DNA of 64,000 bases from Proteromonas lacertae (lineage: Eukaryota): NCBI GenBank assembly GCA_002245135.1, contig NGBS01000031.1, positions 1-64,000 of the forward strand, in the 5' to 3' direction. A program made the position numbers and the translations under genes. Below, piece by piece: positions 12,901 through 26,400 of the stretch; position 1 is the stretch's first letter; every line of letters starts with the position of its first letter. Below the pieces are notes generated by a model that worked only from the letters and a program-made list of their open reading frames with translations, was not told the origin of the DNA and did not search any database.

Positions 12901-15900
12901 GTTGAATAAGATGAAGAGTATAATCAGTGAAAATGAGAATACTATAATGAGTTATAAAAATGAAATAAATAGACTAGAAAAAGAAAGACAAAAACAAGAA
13001 TGTGAATATAAATCAAAAATAGAAGATTTTAAAAAGAATATTAAAGAGAAAGAAGAATTGATATTACTGAAAGATAAGAATTTATGTGATAATGGTGAAG
13101 AATTACAAAAAATAAAGAAAGAAAGAGAAATTATGATGATAGAATTAGATAATATAAATAGAAAATTAACAAATGATTTAGACAAAGAAAAAATTATAAA
13201 TAAATTAGAAAAAGAAAAAGAAGAACAACAATGTGATTATGATAAAAGAATAGAAGAATATAAAGCAAATATCAAAGAGAAAGAAGAAGTATTATTGGCA
13301 AAAGAAAGACAGTTGAAAAATATCAATGAAGAATATGAAAGAAAAAAGAAAGAGAAAGATAGTGAAATAGAAGAATTAAATAGTGAAAAGCAGTTATTAG
13401 CTAATGAATTGGATAAAGAAAAGAAGAAATTATCAGATTATAAAATGGAACACTCAAAATCAACAAATGAAGAAATGGAAGAACTAAATAGAGAAATAAC
13501 GAACTTATCAGAAATGATAAAGCGTAGAGATGAAAAGATTGATGAAATTAATAAAAGAAAAAAGAGTATAGAATTACAATTAGCTGATAGAATATCTGAA
13601 TTAACCAAAATTATTGATTCTTTAACAAGTTCTAATGAAGAAAAGAAGAATGAAATTGAAAAGTATAAAGCAGCTATTAATAATCAAGAACAAATTAACC
13701 ATGAAAAGGAGATGAAGAAAATTGAATTATTGAATAAAATAGATGAATTAAAGAATAGAATAACTGATTTAGAAAATATAAATAAAGATCGTAAAAATGA
13801 AATAGAAAGAATGGAGAAGAACCATAAAGATGAAAGAGAAAAATTAATAGAGAGAATTTGTAACACTGAATCAGCTAGAAGAGAAAAAGAAAACAGTTTA
13901 AATGAATTACATGGTGAATTAAAAAGACATAAGAGTTTATTAGAATCAAAAGAAAAGGAAGAAGAAGATAAGAACAGTTACTACGAAGAGTTATTGGAAG
14001 ATAATAGAAAGTTAGAGTTATTGGTTAAACAATTAAAACAAGAAATTACTTCAATTCAGTCTGAAAATGATAATGTTAGTAGTGAAACTATAGAATCTCT
14101 TAAGAAAGAAAAAGAGAAACTTGAAAAGGATTTTACTAACTTACAGACAAAATATAGAATCACTTTATTGGAAAAGAGCCAATTAAATAATCAATATAAG
14201 TCAGTTAATAATGATTTAAATAATTATAAATCTAAATTGGAAGAAATGGAGAATGAAAAGAGTAAAAAAGAAACTGGGAATACAGAATTAATAAATCAAT
14301 TGAAAGATAAAATTAATAAATTAGAAAGTTATAGAAACAGTTTGATTAATAAGAATAATTCTTTAGAAGAAGAAATAAAGAAATTAAACCAAAAGATAGA
14401 TGAATTGATTAAAACTAAAAATATGTCAGACAATGAAATAATCAAAGAATTAAGAATAAAAATAATAATAATAACCAAAGAAAAGAATGAGTTAATTGAT
14501 GATGTAAAGAAGTTGCATAGTAATATAGCTGAATTAAAAGCTAAGTTAAAAGAAACAGATATTTTATCACAAGAAAATAAAGAATTGAAAACAAAGTGTT
14601 TGAATCTACAAAAACAAATCCATCTCTTAGGCAGTAGTGGAAGTATTAGTGATAAAAAATTACATGAGTTAGAAATGCTTCAGTCAAAAAGTAAAGTTGA
14701 TGAATCTGAAAAATTACTTACTCAGCTAAAAGATTTGCAGTCGAAATTTGATAAACAGAAGAAGCAACTTGATGATCTGCAAAATCTCAATAATACATAC
14801 AAATCTAATGAAGATAATTATACTAAGAAAATACAGTCTTTAGAACAATCATTAAAGTCAAAAGAGCAAAAGCCAGAAGTAATACTAAATGTTAAAGAAG
14901 TTCAATCAAAATTTGATGAACAACAGAAGCAAATAATAAAATTGCAGAATATGAATAATAGTCTAAAATCCAATGAAAATATGTATAAAATGAAAATTCA
15001 GTCTTTAGAAAATACTATTAAGAATAGTAAAGACAATACAAAAGACAGTAAAGAATTATCTGAGAAAATAGAAAGATTAACATCTCAATTAGATAAACAA
15101 CAAAAACAGATCGACCAGCTTCAGAATAATAACAGGATATACAAAACCAATGAGACAATATTAAAGCAAAAAGTCCAGTTATTAGAAAATTCACTTAGAG
15201 CATCAAAAGAAAAAGAAGGAGAATCTGAACAAAACAAAACAGAAATAGATAAACTGAAGAACGAGAATAATATGTTAAAGAATAATGAAAAAATATATAA
15301 ACAAAAAATACAATCACTCAGCAATACGATACAAATCACAAAGGATAATGGTAAAGATAAAGATAGTGAAGTATTATCTTCACCTACTTTTAAAGAATTA
15401 CAAAAGAAATATGATATTCAACAAAAGCAAGTTACTCAATTACAGGATTTCATAAGAATCTATAAATCAAATGAAACAATTCATAAACAAAAGATACAAA
15501 TTTTGGAGAATTCATTGAAAGAAACAAAAGATAAACAAAAAGAAATACAAGAGGTTTCAAAGAATTATAGTAACTTGAAAGTGAAATATGATATTCAACA
15601 AAATCAAATGAGTCAATTACAAACTCAGAATAAGACATTAAAATTAAATGAAGCTTCTAACAAACAGAAGATTCAAAGTCTAGAACAAACTGCTATGGTA
15701 AATGAATCAAAAATTAAAGAAACAAAATCTATAATATCTGATTATAATATATTGAAAAATCAATTTGAAATACAAAATAGACAATTAGAACAATTAAAAA
15801 CATTAAATAACAGTCTTAAATCAAATGAAAATAATTATATTTCCAAAATATCAAAATTGGAGAATAGTTTAAAGGAAATGGAATTAAATAAATCAGTTAC

Positions 15901-16309
15901 TCCTTTAGTTGATAGAAAGAAGTATAAAGATGATAATAGTGATGAAGAAGATGATGATGACGGTATTCCTCATTCTATAAAAGAAAAATATAGACAATTA
16001 CAAATAGAACTTAGTAAATATCAAGAAGAGAATAATCTACTATTAAATCAGTTAAGTAAATACAAGTATTCTCTTGGAATTAATAAGAATGATGCAAATG
16101 AGTATAAAGAAGAATCAAATGAGTTTTTAAAACTAGTTGAATTATCTTATGAAGTAATAAAAGGAATGAAGGGTAAAGATTCTAGTTTAGTTAACTTAGA
16201 AAGTCAGTTGAAAGAAGTGATAAATAAGAAGAAGAATAGAGATTTAGAAAGAAGACAATCAGCAAATGCTGTAAGTCCGTTAATAAGAAAGAAGAAGAGT
16301 ATTATGTGA
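1..16309 (+). CDS. Giant TPR-module / coiled-coil repeat protein (5' end outside window; >5,300 aa)
   Basis: About 7.5 copies of a 440-aa TPR+coiled-coil unit (1-9977), then two diverged TPR modules (~10350-11250 and ~11840-12750), then a long coiled coil ending TGA at 16309. Introns 11873-11909 and 11994-12029 join ORF 10384..11913 to ORF 12029..16309 in frame. One +1 break at 10481-10484 and many indels in 1-6083. The segment NEVIFLCGCILKSKKDYKQSIDYFQHLVNVCPNDFKSSDIWLIIG resembles Ssn6/Cyc8/UTX-type TPRs. Confidence 0.8.
14730..15880 (+). repeat. Seven diverged ~50-60-aa coiled-coil repeats (consensus ~L..K[FY]D.Q.KQ...LQ..N...K.NE....KIQ.LE.S)
   Basis: Visible in the translation of ORF 12029..16309, e.g. 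LQSKFDKQKKQLDDLQNLNNTYKSNEDNYTKKIQSLEQ, VQSKFDEQQKQIIKLQNMNNSLKSNENMYKMKIQSLEN, LQKKYDIQQKQVTQLQDFIRIYKSNETIHKQKIQILEN. Confidence 0.8.
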
Positions 16310-16464
16310 ATATAGATTACATTTTTATATGTTAATATATTTTAATTTTATATATTTTGTTATTAATTGTATTGCTTTTGGTCTTTAAAGATATTTTATA
16401 CAATATTTCGATTTGAATTATGAAATATTAATTATAAAAAAATAGAAAAATATAATTACTATAT

Positions 16465-18278
16465 TTAAGTAGGTTTAGGCGGAACAAAACATGAATCAAT
16501 AGGTCCAATATCTAAAATAACTTCTCTATGACAAGACCAAACCTGTAAAATACTCTCTGGTGTTCCAATACCTCCATCTCTTGGATCTCCAGCAGGTCCA
16601 AACCAGTGATTCTGAGGTGCTCCAGTAGTTCTTGCTCTAATACCAGCGTATGTAGTTCCATTAACAGTATGACCTAAAACATAGTTGATAAACCTTGAAT
16701 CATTACTAACAACTGCAGCAGTTAAATGATGATTCATTCTTTCACATGCTTCAATAATAAGATTCAATTCTTTAGTTTCATAATCTGTAATAATTTGAAA
16801 TGGACCAAATATTTCTTTTGTTATTAAGTTATAGTTACTATGCAATAACAATTCATCTAATGGAATATATATGGCTGTTGGTTCAAATGATCCATAACAA
16901 GTAGGTATATTATGTTGTAATAATCTTCTACCACCAAATTCTATTCTAGCTCCAGGTATTTTCAATAAATTATCAATATGTTGCTATATAATCAATATAT
17001 ATATATATATATATTATTTATACTTCTATATCTTTGTTAGTAATAGATAATAATGGTCCAACTGTCATATTATTGACTGTTCTTAAATTAGCTCTTTCTT
17101 TTAATTGTTCTACTATTCCTGCCTTTCTCCAATTCTTATGAATAAATAATAATGAAGTTGCACTGCATTTTTGACCACTTGCTGCATAAGCATCCTAATA
17201 ACAATATATATATATATATTTGATTTAATAAAATAATTATCATTATACTTGATCACATTGCCAACTAACATATTCCATATCATGAACATCTGGTCCAAGA
17301 ATCTAATAAAAATACAATATATATATAGTATTATACTTTCCAATCAAACCCTGCATCTTCAATTTTAATCTTTCCATGTACATCAATTGATAATTTCTCA
17401 GCTGCTTCTGCACCTCCAGTAAACATAGTCAATGCAGGTTGTGACTTAATTAAAAATTCGTTCATCACTCTTCCAGAACAACTAATAAAACTGATATCAT
17501 TCAATGGCAATCCACAATGATGTAATAATCTAATCATTTGCTCCATAACGATATGCACTTGTTGGGATACTTTAATAATTGGCTTATTACCTACAAATAA
17601 AGCACCCATTAATTGCAATGTTGGTATTTCTAATGGATAATTGAATGGTGTAATTAAGGCTACTGGTCCATAAGGCCAATGATAACTAACACTCATTTGA
17701 CCAACATGATCACCAGGTACACCGTGTGTACTACACATGAACCTGACTTGATCAGATGAGAAATTCTCTAAGAAGTGTTTTACAGTGACAATTTCACCTA
17801 AACATTCTTTATCACTTTTTGGCATTACTCTTTGGATTAAACGGATGAAGAAACGTTCTACTTGTGGTTTGCCTAATAAATGTGCTGCTCTACTACAAAT
17901 ATCACCGTAGAGTAAGTATCTAGAAATGAATTAGATGAAAATAATATACCTTTCAACATTCTTTAACGGATTATGCAAACCTGATTTTGGACATGTATTT
18001 AAATGTTCCATATACTCATCTAACTCATCCTCTCCTGTATTTGGACATACAATGAACTTTTCACCATTCCAAGGGTCTATAATAGGTTTTGTGGTTTTAC
18101 TACCTTTCCATTCACCATGCACTTACATTTTAAAAGCAAATACTATACCTAAATTAAGAACATAACCTGGATCATGTTCACTCATAGAAAATGGATCAAC
18201 AGTTGCAAAATCATAAACTCTTACGAAGCTTCTACTTAGACATTTCGGTTTTATGCGAAGTAAGCACTTGGACAACAT
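16465..18278 (-). CDS. ALDH12A1: Delta-1-pyrroline-5-carboxylate dehydrogenase, ALDH12 (plant-type) family, ~542 aa, probable organellar presequence
   Basis: Six exons; introns 18122-18148, 17920-17949, 17303-17336, 17195-17248, 16984-17023; spliced length 1629 nt is in frame. Motifs WPYGPVALITPFNYPLEIP, FTGG, KIEDAGFDWKILGPD, DAYAASGQKCSATS (catalytic Cys), KEIFGPFQ, NGTTYAGIRARTTGAPQNHWFGPAGDPR. N-terminus MLSKCLLRIKPKCLSRSF is basic and lacks acidic residues. Confidence 0.93.
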
Positions 18279-18620
18279 TTCTTCTCATCTTCATTATGAC
18301 AAGCCTCAAACTATTATGAAGAATTTTTATATCTTTAAAGTGATTTTTTTCAATTACTACAGACAAATGAAAAATGAAAAATTGTCAAAGAGTGTATTAT
18401 AGATTGGGCTATAATATATCATATTTAGTTTCATAAATACATGATTTAGGTAATTTCTACTTTTTTAAAACTAACCATATATATTGATATATAATAATTT
18501 AACTGATTTTGGTATTTTATTTTAGCAATTCTCTTTCTGGAGTTCAGAAAATCAATTCAATAATAAAATGCGACAAAACTCAGATCTGATCAAAAATTCG
18601 TTTTATTTTTTAAATACAAA

Positions 18621-20413
18621 ATGTTGTTGTTTGTAGTGTTTTTGTTGTCATTAACTATACCAACACACAGTTATAAAATAGGCTTCATAATAAATTCAGG
18701 TTCTGAGAGTGAGAAGCAAGAGTATGATCTATTTAGTAAATACCTTACTAAAAAGGACAACACCATCACAGTTACTGAATTTACTTATGATGGGACTATT
18801 GATAAATTCATTACAGTATTGAATGAAATAATCGACGATAACAAGGCCGATTTGTTATACACTAATTGTACAGAAGATATTTTACATATGGATATGAAAT
18901 CTATAGAAGAGAGTAATAAATTGTTGTGGTGTACAAACTCTTATAATGTAGGTGTGTGTAATCACAATATAGTCTCAGGAAATTCAATAGTATCACCATT
19001 GAAAGAGAGTATGTTCAATTATTATCTTATATATTCTAGTTGATTTCAAAACTGCACTGTCTTCCAACTATATGGCTGTAGTATCAGGAATAGAAAGTGA
19101 ATATGATGCATTCTGGACATTGAGAATTGATAATTTAGGTGAAATATACGGACAGAAGACTATATATGATGCAACTCAAGGTTCATTACAAGAGAATAAT
19201 ATAACGTACTTAGTTAATTTGATTAAATCCGATGAGTATAAAGACAAACAATTACAAATATACGTTTCAATAAGAAATGAAATATTATTAAAGAAATTTA
19301 TAGATGAAGTTGGTGATTTAGGAAAAGAAATATTATTCTTTAAAGGTGGTCCAAATGAAAAGAGAATAATAGAAATAGCAAAAAATGCTGGTATTGAAAG
19401 TAAACTAAATGGACATTCAATATTGCATATTTATGATGATGACGCAGATTCTAATACTGCATACAGTGATATAATTATTGATTTATTCCCTTCTCTTAAT
19501 GTTGCTGATAGATTATCCCATGATAATGATGTTTTTATGATAGGATTAGCCAATATTGTAGTAGATGTATTTGACAGAGTAAATACCAATAATATATTAG
19601 ATATATTACCATTTATATATAATAATGAATATTCATATCCTGGTGGTAAATTAGTATTATTAGAGAATAACAATATAGCTACATCGTGGTATATGTATAA
19701 GTTTGTATATGATTCTACTGCAACTCCAGCAATATCTACTAAAAGAGATAGTGTTATTGCATTGAATAAAGGTTTTACTCATGATCAATATTTTGACAGA
19801 TATTACAGTGAAAGATGTAATTTATTAAATCCAGATAAGAATGTAACTGAATTAGATGTTATTAAAACATTAATGGTTACTGAATATAATTTGAATTTAA
19901 ATGATAAATTGTTGAGAAGAATGCTACATGAGATGGTTAGTTATTATAATGAAAATGTATATACTTTTATTGTTTATATTTTATATATTATGTTATAGAA
20001 ACCAATTCAAGGTAAATTCATCGAATTAATTTCATTAACATTTGATCCAAATGATGATAAGTCATTAACAGAAACAATAGAGAAGATAAATGATTTAGCT
20101 GAGAATGCAACAATTTCAGCAGTATTCTTATATACATCAGTTGAGAGAAGAGTGAAAGTAGCCACTGGTATATTATTATAATAATTATATATATTATAAA
20201 TAGAAGTTGATCCTAATTTATTGATATTTTATCTTGGAGCTGTAGAAGGTGATCATTGTAGTGATAATGTTATTTATGTATAAATATTTAAATATATATA
20301 TATATAATTTATAGTGTGATATGATTAATATGAATTACATTCAATTAGTTTCATTATACTTGAGAGAAAATGTAGAATCGAAAGATATCTATATAGTTGG
20401 TAGTGTTCAAACG

Positions 20414-20451
<38 letters not shown>

Positions 20452-23400
20452 AATATATATATAGTTATGGTTCAAAAACAAGAAAATTATTGAGAGAATA
20501 TTTGATCAATAGAGATGGTTATACAACCAGTGAAATTCTATCATCTGATATAAGATACGGTACTAAAGATGAATGTAATGAAACAGCAATAATGATAAAG
20601 ACAAAATATGAAAATGGGTGTGTTGTTGTAGTTACAGCTGAAATTGATTATATCTTACAGTTATATAATGCATTTAAAGCTAATAATGTAACAAATTCTT
20701 TTGGATATCATGTTATATTCTTTACATTGGATGAATTAACAGCATATTCATATATAGTATGAGTGTTATTGTTATTGAATTATAGATTGAGGATGTATCA
20801 TTTGTTGCTCATTATTATAATGGTTATAAATACAATGGGAAAACTGATATGTTAATAGAATTGTTTAGTAAAAAAATAGAAGATTTAGTTGGTCTAAAAT
20901 TACCATTTACTGCTACACTTGGTATTGGATATAATTCATTTCAACAGTGGGCAAGTGCTGTACAATTATCATCCGATGATCCTGCAGTATATAAACAGTA
21001 TTTCAATCACCAAACCACCCCAAACCCAATTGCTGGTCCATATGAAATTTATTACAACGGATATGGTCAAGGATTATTACAAGTAGTGAAAATAAAAGAT
21101 GCAAAAAGCTTATCTTTTGTTCAAGAAAAACAAGATTATTATGCAAGACGTGCAAATGCATTTCATAATAATACACTCGCTTGTTCCTATAAAGATTCCT
21201 CCAAGAAGCCAATTCAACCAATATCTCAGTATAAAGTTGCTTTATTGTTGAATGTCAATACAGATGAAGGTTCAGAGAGGTATGAGGAGGCTCAGATGTT
21301 TAGTGATTTAATAAATCAAGATGGTGGTATAAATGGAAGAGATATACAAATCATAACTACAAAATATAATGGAAATCCATCAGAATTGAATGAAATAGTA
21401 AAAGAGTTAGTTAAAGATAAAGACTTATTGTTTTTCATTGGTACTACTAATACTGAAGAAAGGAATGCAATTAATGAGACTTTAATTAATGCTAAGAAAT
21501 TGTGTTTTTCAATTCATTCAAGCCCTGGTCAAGTTGCTTATCAAAATATTATTATTCTTAATAGATTACCACATCAACATCTTACTTATCACTTCTATAC
21601 TTCGATGGAATTGTTTGATTCATATGCAATTATGTATGATAATACAACCGAGTATAAAACTATTTTTTTTAATTATTATTATATTTTGTATAGAGAAAAA
21701 ATAGGTTTAGCCAATTATCTAATGAAAATGGGTAAAAATGTCAATCATATACCAGCTTTCGTTTATCCATTCAACAGCTCAATGCAATTAGCAGAATCAT
21801 TAGCAGATGAGGTAAGTGTTGATTTGAATATAACAAAACCAACATTACTATTTTCATTTATTGGTGATTCAATTGATAGTTTTATAAAGAATTATACATT
21901 GGATGGAAGTATGCATTTTATATTGATAGAAGATTTTATTGAATCGATGATTACTAATTATACACTATTTGAAGGTCATTTTTGTGAATCTTTTTATTTT
22001 TTAGATTTACCTAATTCAAAAAATCAAGAACTTAAGAAACAAATTGAAACATATAAAGGAATTCCTTCTGTAGTATTAAACAAATACTCTGTATTGATTT
22101 ATACAGCTTTAGAGATGATGAAAACATCAATTAGTATAACCAAAACAACAGAAGTGGATGATATAAGATATAAATTATATGCTACTGAATTAGACACTCC
22201 AATTGGTAAAATGAAAGTATTTAGTAATAATCATGTCAATCAATATAATATATTGAGAAAAATAAGTGGAAATGGTACATTAATTGCCGAATTTGAATTT
22301 CCAAGACAAATTTGTCCTATAGTTTATCATCCTTTGGATAATGACAGATTGTATTTTGATATATCATTTGCTTTAAATGAAGATCATACAAAACATGTAA
22401 AAGAAATAATAGGTATTGCATTTTATAGTAATATTGAAGCACGAGTTAATGCACTTATCAATTATGATGTATCAAGAATAGTGATTGAAGATGCGAATTA
22501 TAATGGTGGAATAAAAGGATATGAAGTTGTTACTGAGTTATATCAATGTCCAAAAGATGAAACAGTTGCAGCAGCAGAGATATTGAAGCTGAAGAATAGA
22601 GGTATTTATATAATAATTGGTGGTTGCGATACTAATCACAGAAATGATATGAGGACTATTGTAGAATCGATGAATATGGTGTTCTTTTACACTGGTTTTA
22701 ATGCAGGAGGTGATTGTTCAAAGAATATGTATAATTATATATAATTATATATATATATATATTCTATCATTTTCATATAGAGTATATATTTATGCTTCTC
22801 CTTCTCAGATTATTATTCCTCCCATTTTACATGTAATTTATCAAGAAAATGAAGATCCATTCCTTATATATTCATCCCATCCAGATTATGCTACAAGAAT
22901 TAATTTGTTGGTGAGTATTTTTGATGCATTTCCATTACAAATAACAGGGAAATATGCTGTTGATGAAGATGAAAAAAGTACTAAAATGATTAAGAATGCT
23001 ATTATTTCATTAAAGAAAATAATGCCAAATGGTGGACCTATCATTGTTTTGCTTAGAAGTACTTATATGGTAAATTTCTTAGATTTTATGTTAGAATTAT
23101 TATATGATAATAAAGACTTTTCAAGCAGAGAAGAATTCTTTAACTATTACCGAATTTATGCATTAGATTCATCTCATACTTATTTTGAACATGGTGAGAA
23201 ATATCCAAATGTAAAAATATCAACTCCATTTTTAGTAATAAAAGATGATAAAGTAAATGCGCAATACTTTAATGATTATATGAAATTAACCAATAAGAAT
23301 CTACCTAGTTTTGTAAATGTAGTAGAAAATGTAGCAACAAGTTTCGCAATTCAAATATTGAAAGATGTCTCAACAATTGATCCAGATTCTTTATTAAAGC

Positions 23401-26400
23401 AAATATATACTTCAAGAATTCAAACAGTATTAGGTTCAACAATCTCTGATAAAGGAAATCATATAGATCAGTATTTATATTGCCGGACATATTGATAAAA
23501 GTGGCTTTGTTATGTATGATGTAACATTATCAAGAACATGGGATGGTGATCCATGGAGAGATTCATTCAATATGATTGATTATTACAGATGCGATTGGGT
23601 TGATCTTAAAGAAGAAAAAAAGAAAGTTGAGTTGTATAGATTTGTTGTTTTTGTATCAGCTAATCCATTATATAAGGTAGCTTCTGTTCAGTATTATAAT
23701 GCTTTATTTACCAGTATTTCAAGAATTAATATGATTGGTGGAATAAGAGGTAAATATACATGGCCAATTGTTCTTTCTGATAGAAATAATGAAACTTATG
23801 TGATTGAACAGATTAATTACTTTTATAATACTTATACAATAAAAGTATATTTAGGTGGATTTACTTCAAACATTAGAAATGCAATGCAAAAAGCTGCTGA
23901 TAATATTGATATTATATTATTCTTCCCATCAAATTTTGAAGGAGATGAATGTCATAGAAAAGGATTATATTTTGGTTTTCCATATCAATCCTATTTAGTT
24001 ATGTTACCTTGGATATTATCGAATTCTCAAGGTAATATTATTATGATTTACTCAGATACTGAATTTGCTAGAACATATTATGATAAACTTCTCCAAGATT
24101 TACAAGCATTTGATTTGAGTGCGCAATTTGTATTGAATATTCCAGTAAACCAGAATAATGTTACTACATCGTGTGAAATTATTAGTAGAATGAATCTAGG
24201 AAAAGGTTTAATTGTTTCATTCTTAGAAGGAGAATCTGCAAAATCATTATTTTCTGCTATGAAAGTGAATAAATTAGAAGAACCAAACTTTATTAGTGTT
24301 TCGATTGCTATTGATGATATATCAGTTTATGATATTGGAGAAGATTCTGTTGGACATTATTATTGGGATACTTTTTACAGAGACATTAACGATTCAGTAA
24401 TGCTTGATGGTGAAGGAGCTTTATTAAATCTATTTTCGTTTTATCCATATGTTAATACAATAATGGTAAATGGAATGGATTCATTGAATAGTTTCTATTA
24501 TGGAATGAATCAGTTATCAGTTGATAGTATTACAGCTGCTAATTTACATGAAATGGTATTACAAAGTACATTTGATTATGTAAGAGGAAAAGGTATTCCA
24601 TTTACTAAGAGTGGTGTATTATATAGTAATAATTATTTGAAACATGTTGATGCGTTTGAAAATGGAAAACCAGTGATTTCATTAACTTATCAAAGTGATA
24701 GTTTAATTCCATCATATACATTTGGTTGTATTTATCATGATACAATAATTAAACGTTGTGATTGGACACAAGCTGTAAATGATATTATTGAATATAGTAA
24801 TGTAAAAATTGGTGTTATATTTTCTACAACTGGTGAATTAAGAAATATAGAAAGAAGATCAATTCATGGTGTTTTTACAGCTATTAAAGAATTATATTAT
24901 GAGTATGATCCAATTCAAAATTCATTTATAACTATAAAACATTTTGATTATAGGAGTGATATAAATTATTTAGATGAAAATATAGATGAATTCCTAAAAG
25001 ACAATCAAATAAAAGTCGTTGTAGGATGTTCTGCAAATGATTGTAAACTAGTTTTATTATCACATCTTGAAAAAATGGCAAATCCTCCACCATTTTTATA
25101 TGGAAGATTGACATTAGGTCAAGCTTGTAGTCCATTAGTATATCAAACCAAATTTAGTGCCTGATCAATTTGTTAATAGATTATTGGAATATTCAATTAC
25201 TACCAAGTTCGCTACTAATTTATATTTGATTATAGAAGAGAATTATGGTGTTTATAGTTTTGATGAAGTAGTTGAAGATGCATCAAGTGGTTTATATACT
25301 TATAAAGGAGATCACAAAGTATCAGAAAACAAACCAATAACACAAGCCACTGTATTAGAAATTAGAGAATTGATGGAAGAAGGTGGTATTATTATAACTG
25401 CATTAAGTCAAGTAGATTTGTTGAAATTCTTACAATTATTTAATAAATTGAGATTTGATAGTGAAAAATTTGCTATTTTTGATGTTTTATTAGAGGAAGA
25501 GCATTTTGATACATTTTTACCAGCTTATAGAAAGAATGTTTACAAATTTGCTAGATATTATAAAGATATTCCAACAGAAGCAAATGAAAAATTCAAGAAT
25601 AAAGTATTCCATTATACCAGTCAAACAGAACCAACAGCAATGTTAGAAAGTGTTTATGGATCGATAATGTTATGGTATAATGCAGCAAAGAAATGTGGTT
25701 GTTTTGATCCAAATGAAATAAGAAAAACAATTCATGGTTTAAGTGTAGATGTTGGAAGTGGAGTTTTAACAATGACAGAAAACAATTATGCAACTGCTCC
25801 ATTCTTTGTTGCAAGATATGCAGCTGATGGTAATAAATTAGAATCTGTTTTCTTTAAATATGAAGCTGAAGTACCATCACCTTGGAGTTGGAATGTAAAA
25901 GCAACATTTGGTTATAAATGTAGTTTTAAAGATAATGTTAATAGAGAAATGTATAAAGTTCCAGTGAAAAGAGTATTACTTGCTGCTGGTTTAACTGGTT
26001 CATTATCCTCAACAACAATGGGTTTAGTTGATGCTTTCCAATTAGCAATTAATGAAGTTAATAATAATGGTGGAATTGGTGGTTATACAATAAAAGCTGA
26101 TATTATTGATATGAAATCTGATCCAGAATATTGTAAACAGTCTTTGTCTAATTATTTATCTGATGAAGTTGCTACTATGTTTTTATTTGTATTACCTGCT
26201 TGTGCTAATTATTTCATTGAAAATGATATATTAGTTAATAGGAAAATGTTAATCTTTATGGTTAGAGAACAAAGATTAGGTTTTTGTGATCAAAATGTAG
26301 CTAATGCTGTAGATCATGTTTCTTTATATAAACATATAGTTGCTGTTATTCATTCAAGATTTTATAAAAGAGTATTTGTTTTGTCGAATAGTGCAGATGA

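Noticed and set aside
478..15638. Recurrent minus-strand ORFs in the TPR gene
   Set aside because: Antisense shadows that repeat only because the array repeats.
16289..16309. C-terminal KKKSIM resembling a polybasic CaaX box
   Set aside because: No cysteine at the -4 position.
20413..20464. (TA)n microsatellites, also ~16997, ~17204, ~22746, ~62650
   Set aside because: Simple slippage inside AT-rich introns; explains the longer introns and needs no functional explanation.
25138..25157. 20-nt GTATAT..TTTAG micro-intron
   Set aside because: Shorter than any other intron here and does not restore the reading frame.
10488..25164. TGA readthrough or stop-codon reassignment at 10488, 23493 and 25162
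   Set aside because: Downstream coding is in a different frame, so readthrough cannot join the pieces. TGA, TAA and TAG all end other genes normally, and Trp is TGG.
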